From a virus (Duplodnaviria > Caudoviricetes), in the IMG/VR virus record IMGVR_UViG_3300010163_003556, positions 3,687-67,686 of that record: a DNA stretch of 64,000 nt; one strand, 5' to 3'. The stretch's first letter is position 1. Each line of letters opens with the position of its first letter. The position numbers were made by a program, and so were the translations under genes. Positions 18,090-26,304 of the stretch are shown in pieces. The notes beneath the pieces are model-generated. The model was not told where the DNA came from. It made no database searches and saw only the letters and a program-made list of their open reading frames with translations.

Positions 18090-18600
18090 AAAGACAGTCA
18101 AAGCATCTGCGAAATCATCCAAAACCCACTCACAAAACTCACGGAATCCGTCTAGAACCTACTCACGAAAAACTGTAAACACTCTCGAAAGGGGCAGATT
18201 ATCTCTAAATCCAACTATTTTGGGGAGTTTTGGGCAACTTTCAGCAGTTTTCGGGCGGTTTTACCACTTACGGAGCATCTGCAAAACTCCAAAATCTGTG
18301 TGGGGTGTCTGCGAATCCATCTACAAGCCACTCCAAAAACTCACGGAATCCGTCTAAAAACTATTCACGGGCATCTGCAAAAACTCATGGGAAAGGGAAA
18401 ATAACTGTAAAACCAACTATTTGGGCATTTTTCGGCAACTTTTCACCTTTTTGGGGCAGTTTTCGCAACTATCGGCAAAACTCCAAAACTTTGAATTGTG
18501 TTCGTTTTCGTCAAAAACCAACTCTTGGCGAGTGTCAAACCTACTCTAGAAAAGCGATAAAAACCGCTCTAAAATCTCACGGTTCGACAGCCGACCGTCT
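18090..18600. repeat. Degenerate ~202 bp tandem duplication, A/T-tract rich, non-coding
   Basis: AAAACTCACGGAATCCGTCTA at 18134 and 18336. CCAACTATTT...GGCAACTTT at ~18210 and ~18413. Several GCATCTGC motifs. Confidence 0.7.
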
Positions 18601-18670
18601 CCGCCAAGAAAGAAATGGAAAAAAAGCAAAAAATTTTTCCGCAAAGTCGCAAAAGTGTGACACTTACCTA

Positions 18671-18728
18671 TTGACAAACAAATGTTCGAGCGTTATAATA
18701 GCGGTACTCTATCACGAACAAGTGTTCA
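18671..18728 (+). promoter_or_regulatory. Consensus promoter with two Gram-positive SOS (Cheo) boxes
   Basis: TTGACA (18671-18676), 17 bp spacer, TATAAT (18694-18699). CAAACAAATGTTCG (18675-18688) and CGAACAAGTGTTCA (18715-18728) each have one mismatch to CGAACRNRYGTTCG. Confidence 0.8.
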
Positions 18729-18749
18729 CGATAGAAAAGCGAGGTACGA

Positions 18750-19352
18750 ATGAGAAACATTGACCAAGAATTGCTGACGAACATTCAGCAGTACATTGAA
18801 GAGCATTGCGATAGATACGGCTACGGACCGTCAGTAAGGGCAGTAGCCGCCGAGTTTAGTATTAGCACGGGATGCGCCCAAAAATACATGGCTAGACTAG
18901 AGCAGGACGGTCGGATAAAAAAGGGAGAGCGAGGGTACGAATCGAATTCCTTGTCAATGACCGACACCGAGATGCAAAAAGTGGCAATCCTAGGTGCTGT
19001 GCCTTGCGGACCGTTGACCCAAGTGGAAGAGTACATTGAAGGATACATCAAGCTCCCCGCATCGCTAATAGGACAAGGCAAGTTCTATCTCTTAAAAGCC
19101 AACGGAAACTCCATGATTGATGCGGGAATTGATGACGGCGACCTTGTCCTAATCCGACGGCAAGAAACGGCGGATGTCGGAGATATCGTTGTCGCACTAG
19201 TCGATAACGAGAATACGCTCAAGCGGTTGGAATACAACGAACGGAAAAGACGGTACTACTTACACCCCGAAAATGACACGATGGAAGACATATATGTTGA
19301 CCAATTATCGGTGCAAGGGGTGGCAATAAAGGTGTTAAAAGACCTAATCTAA
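18750..19352 (+). CDS. lexA: LexA-like repressor (wHTH plus S24 autopeptidase)
   Basis: YGPSVRAVAAEFSIS HTH, VPCG cleavage loop, catalytic GNSM Ser and TLKR Lys. Confidence 0.85.
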   Translation: MRNIDQELLTNIQQYIEEHCDRYGYGPSVRAVAAEFSISTGCAQKYMARLEQDGRIKKGERGYESNSLSMTDTEMQKVAILGAVPCGPLTQVEEYIEGYIKLPASLIGQGKFYLLKANGNSMIDAGIDDGDLVLIRRQETADVGDIVVALVDNENTLKRLEYNERKRRYYLHPENDTMEDIYVDQLSVQGVAIKVLKDLI

Positions 19353-19364
19353 AGGTGGTGGCTA

Positions 19365-20654
19365 ATGACGGATAAGCAGAGAACATACTTCTGCATAGAC
19401 ATGAAGACATTCTACGCGAGCGTAGAGTGTGCGGAGCGTGGCTTGAATCCGTTTGAAACCAACCTTGCAGTCGTGGATGAAACCCGTGGGAAGAACGCTT
19501 TGTGCCTTGCCATTACACCGAAGATGAAAGCGCAAGGGATAAAGAACCGATGCCGAATGTCCGAGATACCAAAGAGCATCAGCTTCATACGGGCGTTGCC
19601 GAGAATGCAGTTATACATCGACTACGCAGCCGACATATACGACATATACCTAAACTACTTTGACCCCCAAGATATCCATGTTTATTCGATAGATGAATCC
19701 TTTATTGACGTTACCGATTACCTAGGACTATACCACATCGATGCCATAACATTCGCAAAAAAGTTGATGAATGAAATAGCCGCCAAGTTGCATATACCAT
19801 CGACCGCCGGGATAGGGACAAACTTATACCTTGCCAAAATAGCGTTGGACATAACAGCCAAGCACAGCAAAGACCATATCGGCTACCTAGACGAAGACAC
19901 CTATATCAAGACGCTATGGAATCACCGACCGATAACGGATTTTTGGCAAATAGCGCAAGGCACGGAAAGACGGCTCGCAAAGTACGGAATCTACGATATG
20001 GAGCGGTTGGCAAAGTCTCCGCCCGAATTGCTTTATAGAGTGTTCGGGGTAAATGCCGAGCTACTGATAGACCACGCCTGGGGAAGAGAACCTTGCCTAA
20101 TAAAAGACATAAAGAACTACCACAGCAAAAGCAAGTCGGTGTCGTTTTCGCAAGTGCTGCCGAGGGACTATTCCTACGAAGAGGCGAAGCTCGTAATGTC
20201 GGAAATGGTGCTGAACGGTTGCCATGAGCTGATGCGCCGAAAGGTTATCACAAACAAGGTTGGAATCTTTGTCGGCTACACTTACGGCGGACGGGAGAGT
20301 ACGGGTGGGACAACCCGAATGACGGTAACGACAAGCCTGTACTCAAAGATAGAGCCTTATGTGATGCAGCTCTTCGAGCAAACCACGGACAAGCAAGTAC
20401 CGATACGCAGACTCGGCATAGACTTTGCGGACGTGTGCGATGAGGGGTGCGAAGGCTACGATTTATTCACGAACTTTGAAGAAGTCGAAAGAGAAAAGAG
20501 CCGAGAACGGGTGGTGTTGGAATTGTCCGATAAGTACGGAAAGAACGCCATACTACGAGGAATGAACTATATGGAGGGAGCCACGCAAAGGGAACGGAAT
20601 ACCTTTATAGGCGGGCATAGAGCAGGCTACGATGACAAGGGAACAAAGAGCTAA
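19365..20654 (+). CDS. Y-family DNA polymerase (UmuC/ImpB/DinB-like)
   Basis: CIDMKTFYASVE, YSIDESFID, TAGIGTNLYLAK. Confidence 0.92.
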   Translation: MTDKQRTYFCIDMKTFYASVECAERGLNPFETNLAVVDETRGKNALCLAITPKMKAQGIKNRCRMSEIPKSISFIRALPRMQLYIDYAADIYDIYLNYFDPQDIHVYSIDESFIDVTDYLGLYHIDAITFAKKLMNEIAAKLHIPSTAGIGTNLYLAKIALDITAKHSKDHIGYLDEDTYIKTLWNHRPITDFWQIAQGTERRLAKYGIYDMERLAKSPPELLYRVFGVNAELLIDHAWGREPCLIKDIKNYHSKSKSVSFSQVLPRDYSYEEAKLVMSEMVLNGCHELMRRKVITNKVGIFVGYTYGGRESTGGTTRMTVTTSLYSKIEPYVMQLFEQTTDKQVPIRRLGIDFADVCDEGCEGYDLFTNFEEVEREKSRERVVLELSDKYGKNAILRGMNYMEGATQRERNTFIGGHRAGYDDKGTKS

Positions 20655-20952
20655 ACAGTTTATGCCGTTCGATGCAATGAAAGGCTTGAAAGAAGCCTTG
20701 GCGATAAGAGAAGAACGGCACAATAGAGTTGAAAAGCGAGATCTGTCCGAAGATGCTATCGAGCATTTATCGGTAATGCTAGGACGGTTGGAATTAGGAA
20801 TGGAAGCGACAATCGAACACTACCGTGCATATCACGATGTGGTGTCCGTTGGGCGAGTCAGAGCGAAAGACCTCGTGTTCAAATATTTATTGTTGGACAA
20901 TGAAAAAATTTATTTCGACAACATTTATGACATAAAAATTCGGGAAATATAG
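20632..20952 (+). CDS. YolD-like protein
   Basis: RAKQFMPFDAMKGL N-terminal signature; overlaps the end of the Y-polymerase gene. Confidence 0.8.
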   Translation: MTREQRAKQFMPFDAMKGLKEALAIREERHNRVEKRDLSEDAIEHLSVMLGRLELGMEATIEHYRAYHDVVSVGRVRAKDLVFKYLLLDNEKIYFDNIYDIKIREI

Positions 20953-20966
20953 ATGGAGGTGGTATA

Positions 20967-21224
20967 ATGAAAATAACACAGTATTGCATAAGATGCGGCA
21001 CCAAGATGGAGCTGGACTTTGGGCGGAGATTTAAGCGGAGTCGATGCCTCGGCTGTAAGTTGCGGTTCAGGTATAAGGAAAGCACAAACGGTAAATTGAC
21101 CTACGACTACAAAATAGACGATGTGCAAGATTTATATGTCGCAGGCGAGAACGGAGCAAAAGACGAAAGGCTGATAGACATAGCTAGACGAAACACAGAG
21201 GTGATGAATCTTGGAAAAGTATGA
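20967..21224 (+). CDS. Small zinc-ribbon hypothetical protein
   Basis: CIRC...CLGC; RBS GGAGGTGG. Confidence 0.6.
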   Translation: MKITQYCIRCGTKMELDFGRRFKRSRCLGCKLRFRYKESTNGKLTYDYKIDDVQDLYVAGENGAKDERLIDIARRNTEVMNLGKV

Positions 21225-21396
21225 TGTGAAGTGTCCGAAATGCGGCACGTTAAACAAAGACCTATACTTATACGAAACGGAGGGTAGGTTCATCTGTGAA
21301 CATTGCAAAGCAGAAACCCAGGTCAAGCGATTTATGCGACCAGTAACCCTCCCAGTCTTTACAGGCAAGCAGTTGGCTGCACAATTTAAACGATAA
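21211..21396 (+). CDS. Small zinc-ribbon hypothetical protein
   Basis: CPKCG...CEHC; TTG start with RBS GAGGTG. Confidence 0.6.
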   Translation: MEKYDVKCPKCGTLNKDLYLYETEGRFICEHCKAETQVKRFMRPVTLPVFTGKQLAAQFKR

Positions 21397-21540
21397 CCTT
21401 AAAAGGCAAATGCCCCGTTGCCGAAGGTAATCATATAGGATGTAGCCGTGTCCCACTTTAGCGTTGGAAGTCCCAACCACGCAACGAAGTCCGACAAAAA
21501 CAACCGACTGCATTCATTGGGAAGAGGAGGCTAAAGTAAA

Positions 21541-21738
21541 ATGCAAGACTATGGCTGTAAATCAGTCGAAACGGAGTGTCCGAACTGCCATCACAAAATC
21601 GTTGTGTGGCGAGATAAGGACGGGAGAGCGAAGTGGGTTTGCCCACGGTGTCGGACAATGACAGTATCAAAGGTCATGAGCCGAAGACACGTACAAATGG
21701 ACATATATGCCCCCGAAGGGCAAGTCCTAATGAACTAA
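21541..21738 (+). CDS. Small zinc-ribbon hypothetical protein
   Basis: CPNC...CPRC; RBS GAGGAGG. Confidence 0.6.
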   Translation: MQDYGCKSVETECPNCHHKIVVWRDKDGRAKWVCPRCRTMTVSKVMSRRHVQMDIYAPEGQVLMN

Positions 21739-22014
21739 AGAAAAGACAATTGAATATACGTTGCAATAGGACGTTGGTCGGTCTGAAATAGGGACACTTA
21801 TAAATCCAACGGATGCTATGCAATAAGGCGGTAAGGTTTACCCAGAGATTATTTGAGAGGCCACCGATGAACGAAATCCCGAAGAGGGAGTCTATCGTTT
21901 GTCGGTGGTCTTTTTTTGTTTTCAAAAAAAAGTTAAAAAAGTTTTTCAAACCTTGCAAAAGTTGCAAGGTTTGGCAGATACAATGCAGCCATCAAAAGCA
22001 AAGGAGGTGAGAGA

Positions 22015-22347
22015 GTGAGTGCAAGCGAACGCAGAATGGAACTGCTCGACGTGCTAGTCGAAAGACGGCATGACAACATAAATAATCTAGCATATGAATT
22101 CGGCGTATCGACAGCAACGATAATGCGTGATATCCAAGCACTCTCGCTCTCTTACCCGATTTATACCACCCAAGGCAATGGCGGTGGAGTGCATGTGGTG
22201 GACGGATACCGAGGCGGTCGGAAGTACCTAAACGATACGGAATCCGACTTGCTTGAAAAGCTTGCATCGAAGCTGACGGGAGCAGACTTTGAAACGATGC
22301 AGTCAATCTTAAAAAAATTTAAAGAGCCTAGGAGAAAGGACAAATGA
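22015..22347 (+). CDS. DeoR/HTH_11-type winged-helix DNA-binding protein
   Basis: ERRMELLDVL...LAYEFGVSTATIMRDIQALS...QGNGGGV. Confidence 0.75.
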   Translation: MSASERRMELLDVLVERRHDNINNLAYEFGVSTATIMRDIQALSLSYPIYTTQGNGGGVHVVDGYRGGRKYLNDTESDLLEKLASKLTGADFETMQSILKKFKEPRRKDK

Positions 22348-22571
22348 AAGTATTAGCAAAAAGGTTTGTGTTGATGGTCAAGGCAAACGGAGTCAAGCTC
22401 TCGCTGATAGCCAAGGAACTTGGAATGACGGTCGAGCGGTTAAAGAAAATGCTCATCAACGGCGAGATGTTCACCTTCACAGAGAGCAAGGCACTAATGG
22501 CAATGTTCGGTGCAGACGCAATGGCAAAGGTGATCGATTGGAGGGTGGTCAATGCGTGCCGTTCGTTCTAA
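22344..22571 (+). CDS. Hypothetical protein (possible HTH)
   Basis: ATGA overlap with the previous gene; LSLIAKELGMTVERLKK. Confidence 0.55.
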   Translation: MKVLAKRFVLMVKANGVKLSLIAKELGMTVERLKKMLINGEMFTFTESKALMAMFGADAMAKVIDWRVVNACRSF

Positions 22572-24177
22572 CGAAACCATACGAATCTACGACTGCTACC
22601 TATACCGAGAGAGCATCAAGGAAATAGACGGACGGTTCTACGATGCGGATGACAAATGTTGGGTCGTGCCGCTAACCGCCCAAAATGCAAGCACTCTCGG
22701 ACTTCTCGGAGCAGACCTAGACCAAGAACTCAAAGAAATCGCCAAAGCCGACCGTAACGCAAATGTGGCGGTTTGTGAGCATCGTAAGCCGAGAGTAAAG
22801 GTGAAGCTCTTCAAGCACCAACAGGATGCATACAACTTCGCCCTGGATGTCTTCGAGAACGGCAAAGCGGTGGCACTACTCGCCGACATGGGTACGGGCA
22901 AGTCGATGATGACGATAGCCATCACGGGAACACTCGAAGCCGAGAAGAACGTAAAGCGAATGCTTGTGGTCTGTCCGAAGTCGATAGTCGGTGTGTGGGA
23001 AGAAGAGTTCCGAAAGTTCGCCGATTACAAATATGCCTTAACGGTGCTTGACGGGACGATGGAGAAAAAGAAAGCGAAACTCGCATATATGCAGGGGTCT
23101 GCGCTCCAAATCATCGTTGTGAACTACGAATCGTGTTGGCGGTTGGAAAGCGAAATCACGAAGTGGAAACCCGACCTAATCGTGTGCGATGAGTCCTCGA
23201 AAATTAAGACACCGAGTGCATCTCAGTCGAAAGCATTGCATCGCTTGGGAAGGGTGAGCAAGTACAACATGATACTGACGGGGACACCGATAACGGGCAG
23301 TCCGCTCGACATCTTCTCGCAGTACAAGTTCTTGGATGACAGCATATTCGGCGGCAGTTTTTATCTCTTCCGAAACCGATATGCGGTGATGGGAGGATAC
23401 CAAAACCGAATGGTGGTCGGCTACCGACACATGGACGAGTTGGTGTCGAAAGTTCACGATATTGCCTATCGAATAAAGATAGAGGATGCGGTGGACTTGC
23501 CGCCGTTCATAGACGAAACGAGGACGATAACACTCGAACCGAAAGCACAATCAATCTACCGAACATTGGAGCAAGATTGCTATGCCGAGCTGTCGAACGG
23601 AGAAGTAACGGCAAGGAACGTGCTGACGCAACTTCTTCGGTTATCGCAATGCACGGGCGGATTTATTCGGGGCGATGTAAATGCAGATGCAACCCAAGTC
23701 AGCGGAGCAAAGCTCGAAGCCCTGGAAGACATCGTAGACACCTGTTTGGACGAAGAGAAAAAGGTCGTTGTCTTCGCTAGGTTCGTCCCCGAAATCGAGG
23801 CAATCGAAAAGATGCTGAAGAAAAAGAAAATCGGATACAGCGTCATATATGGCGCAATTACCGATCGAGCGGAGCAAGTTGCCAAGTTCCAAAACGACCC
23901 CGAAATCAAGGTCTTCATCGGACAGTTGCAGACCACGGGAATGGGGCTGACGCTTACGGCATCGAATGTGGCGGTGTTTTATTCCTTGGACTTCTCGTAT
24001 GCGAACTACGAGCAGAGCCGAGCAAGAATACATCGAATAGGACAAAAGCAAAAATGCCTTTACATACACCTGGTGTGCAAAGGAACGGTGGACGAAAAGG
24101 TGCTGAATGCGCTCAAGCATAAAGGCGACATCGCCAAGATTATGGTGGACGATTGGAGGACGCTACTCAATGGGTAA
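22552..24177 (+). CDS. Phage SNF2-family helicase
   Basis: ADMGTGKS, CDESS, LTGTP, GMGLTLT and QSRARIHRIGQ. Confidence 0.9.
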   Translation: MRAVRSNETIRIYDCYLYRESIKEIDGRFYDADDKCWVVPLTAQNASTLGLLGADLDQELKEIAKADRNANVAVCEHRKPRVKVKLFKHQQDAYNFALDVFENGKAVALLADMGTGKSMMTIAITGTLEAEKNVKRMLVVCPKSIVGVWEEEFRKFADYKYALTVLDGTMEKKKAKLAYMQGSALQIIVVNYESCWRLESEITKWKPDLIVCDESSKIKTPSASQSKALHRLGRVSKYNMILTGTPITGSPLDIFSQYKFLDDSIFGGSFYLFRNRYAVMGGYQNRMVVGYRHMDELVSKVHDIAYRIKIEDAVDLPPFIDETRTITLEPKAQSIYRTLEQDCYAELSNGEVTARNVLTQLLRLSQCTGGFIRGDVNADATQVSGAKLEALEDIVDTCLDEEKKVVVFARFVPEIEAIEKMLKKKKIGYSVIYGAITDRAEQVAKFQNDPEIKVFIGQLQTTGMGLTLTASNVAVFYSLDFSYANYEQSRARIHRIGQKQKCLYIHLVCKGTVDEKVLNALKHKGDIAKIMVDDWRTLLNG

Positions 24178-25195
24178 ATTCAATGATTTAACGGGCAAGC
24201 AATTCGGCAGGTTGACAGCGATCGAGCCGACACCGCCGCACGGGAAGAACTCGGCAATGATGTGGGTGTGCAAGTGTGAGTGTGGTGGTACGGCGATAGT
24301 ACGGGGAACGGACCTCGTCAACGGACACACGATGAGCTGTGGATGTTATCGAAAGATGCAGAAAGCGATGCCGAACGGGGAGATGCGACTGCACCGCATT
24401 TGGGCGAATATGAAACAGCGGTGCTTTAACCCGAAGACGAAAGACTTCAAGTATTACGGCGGACGCAGCATCACCGTCTGCGATGAATGGAAAGACAGTT
24501 TCGAGCAGTTCTTTTATTGGGCTATGACCAACGGCTACAAAGACGGCTTGACGATAGAGCGGAAAGACAATGATGGGAACTACACCCCCGAAAACTGCGA
24601 GTGGATAGCGGCGCACCGACAGCACCGCAACACACGTAGGAATAGGCGGTATATGGTTCAAGGTAAAGAGTTCACTCTTACGGAACTTTGCCGACTCTAC
24701 GGACAGCCACGGAGTACCGTGGAAAGTAGGCTGAAAAAGGGAATCGACTTGAAGACTGCACTAAAAAATGGGAGGAACAAAGTGGACAACAGGTTATTGG
24801 ATTTGTCCGACAAGCTCAAAGAATTGCGATTGCAAAAGAGCGACTTGGACGCACAAATCAAGGGCGTCAACGAAGAGATTGACGGTGTCACGGCGGAGAT
24901 GATCGGAATCATGACAACCGAAGAATTGACATCGTTCAACCGCAACGGTACAACGTTCTCGCTCGTAACAACGGAGTATCCTGCACCCGAACCCGAAAGA
25001 AAAGGCGAACTGTGGGAGGCGATGAAAGCCAACGGCTTCGAAGACCTCTTCACGATAAATAGCCAAACCTTGTCGGCAACGGTAAAGGAACTCATTTCGG
25101 AAAACGATGGTGTTCTGCCGACGTGGTTGGAAGGACTCATCAAGGTAGCGGAGAAGAACACAATCCGCGTAGCAAAAAGCAAGAAAAATAATTAA
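24170..25195 (+). CDS. HNH homing-endonuclease-like protein fused in frame to a ~137 aa phage protein (internal GTG start at 24782)
   Basis: DLTGKQFGRL, WVCKCECG, SCGC, RCFNP...YGGRSITVC and LTIERKDNDGNYTPENCEW. No stop before GGGAGG-N6-GTG (VDNRLLDLSDKLKELR...). Confidence 0.75.
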   Translation: MGKFNDLTGKQFGRLTAIEPTPPHGKNSAMMWVCKCECGGTAIVRGTDLVNGHTMSCGCYRKMQKAMPNGEMRLHRIWANMKQRCFNPKTKDFKYYGGRSITVCDEWKDSFEQFFYWAMTNGYKDGLTIERKDNDGNYTPENCEWIAAHRQHRNTRRNRRYMVQGKEFTLTELCRLYGQPRSTVESRLKKGIDLKTALKNGRNKVDNRLLDLSDKLKELRLQKSDLDAQIKGVNEEIDGVTAEMIGIMTTEELTSFNRNGTTFSLVTTEYPAPEPERKGELWEAMKANGFEDLFTINSQTLSATVKELISENDGVLPTWLEGLIKVAEKNTIRVAKSKKNN

Positions 25196-25215
25196 TTTTG
25201 GAGGAATAAAACATT

Positions 25216-25914
25216 ATGGCAAACGAAGTGGTAAAGAGAGAAGAGAGTGCGGTAGCAGAGTACGGTTCGGGCGTGAATTTCGGCGAACTGTTGGCGGAAG
25301 AGTTGGACGGACTTACGCCCACCTTTGAGAGAATCAAAATCCCGGCGGGCGGCGGACTTGCATACGAAGTCCCCGGCGATGACCCCGACAGTCCCGATTC
25401 GGTCAAAGAGTTCAAGGCGGTAATTCTCTACCATCACCCGATTAACTGCTACTACAAGGAAGAGTACACGGGCGGCAACAATCCCCCCGACTGCGGAAGT
25501 ATGGACGGCAAGGTCGGCATCGATGCGGAAACGGGCGAATGCAAAAACTGCGCCGAGTGCGAGTTCAATAAGTTCGGCAGCGGAAAAAACGGGGCAAAAG
25601 CTTGCAAGCAGAAACGCAGAATCTATCTGCTCCGTGAGGGCGAAGCACTTCCGACCATTCTGTCGTTGCCTACAGGCAGTCTCGGCGAATTCTCGAAGTA
25701 TGTAATGCGCTTGCTGTCCAAGGGCAGAAAGACCAACGGCGTGGTAACGAAGTTCACGCTGAAGAAAGCGCAGAACAGCGGTGGCATCAACTACTCGCAG
25801 GCGGTGTTCGCCGTGGACAGAGTCCTGACGGATGCAGAGCTTGCAAACATTGTTCCGATGAGCGAACAGGTCAAAGCAATGGCGAACAAGGTAACGCAGT
25901 TGGACGAAGAGTAA
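25216..25914 (+). CDS. Conserved phage replication-module protein (possible ssDNA-binding)
   Basis: Between helicase and primase; CxxCxxN Zn-like motif (CKNCAECEFN) and acidic C-terminus. Function inferred from position only. Confidence 0.6.
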   Translation: MANEVVKREESAVAEYGSGVNFGELLAEELDGLTPTFERIKIPAGGGLAYEVPGDDPDSPDSVKEFKAVILYHHPINCYYKEEYTGGNNPPDCGSMDGKVGIDAETGECKNCAECEFNKFGSGKNGAKACKQKRRIYLLREGEALPTILSLPTGSLGEFSKYVMRLLSKGRKTNGVVTKFTLKKAQNSGGINYSQAVFAVDRVLTDAELANIVPMSEQVKAMANKVTQLDEE

Positions 25915-25977
25915 AACGAAGTACGGTGCAAGGGCGGTGGGATGACCGCCGCCCAAGTTACCGAAAAGAGGTGGACT

Positions 25978-26304
25978 ATGCTAAAAAGGAAAATCGTTTA
26001 TATCTGCTCACCCTTACGGTTTAACTATGAACGCAACAAAATCAAGGCGAACCTATACCAGAGATACGCATACGAGAAAGGCTGTCTGCCCCTGGCACCG
26101 CACATCATCTTCCCTCAATTTTTGGACGATGAGAAAAAGAGTGAGAGAAGGGCGGGCATGGATATGGGCTTGCAACTATTGGAACTCTGCGATGAGCTGT
26201 GGGTATTCGGACCACGCATCAGCGAGGGGATGAAAGCCGAGATCGAGTTGGCACGAAAACTTGGGAAACCGACCAAGTACATCAGCGGAGATTTGGACGA
26301 ATGA
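25978..26304 (+). CDS. DUF4406-like (nucleoside deoxyribosyltransferase-like fold) protein
   Basis: VYICSP...PLAPH..FPQFLDD...CDELWVFG..ISEGM..EI. Confidence 0.7.
   Translation: MLKRKIVYICSPLRFNYERNKIKANLYQRYAYEKGCLPLAPHIIFPQFLDDEKKSERRAGMDMGLQLLELCDELWVFGPRISEGMKAEIELARKLGKPTKYISGDLDE

Noticed and set aside
18090-18600. Possible CRISPR array
   Set aside because: Only two exact 21-mers 202 bp apart, no regular repeat-spacer period, and no cas genes.
18049-18763. ORFs of 76-177 aa in the repeat tract
   Set aside because: Low-complexity K/T/S/N translations of A-tract repeats in several frames, with no RBS.
21400-21915. Hairpin-rich intergenic segments around the zinc-ribbon genes as ncRNAs
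   Set aside because: They can be explained as terminators or leaders (e.g. CCACCGA...TCGGTGG plus T-run); no promoter or recognisable family was found.
26199-26300. N-terminal extension of the primase in the ORF track
   Set aside because: It overlaps the upstream gene. ATG 26301, with an upstream GGAG and ATGA coupling, is the better start.
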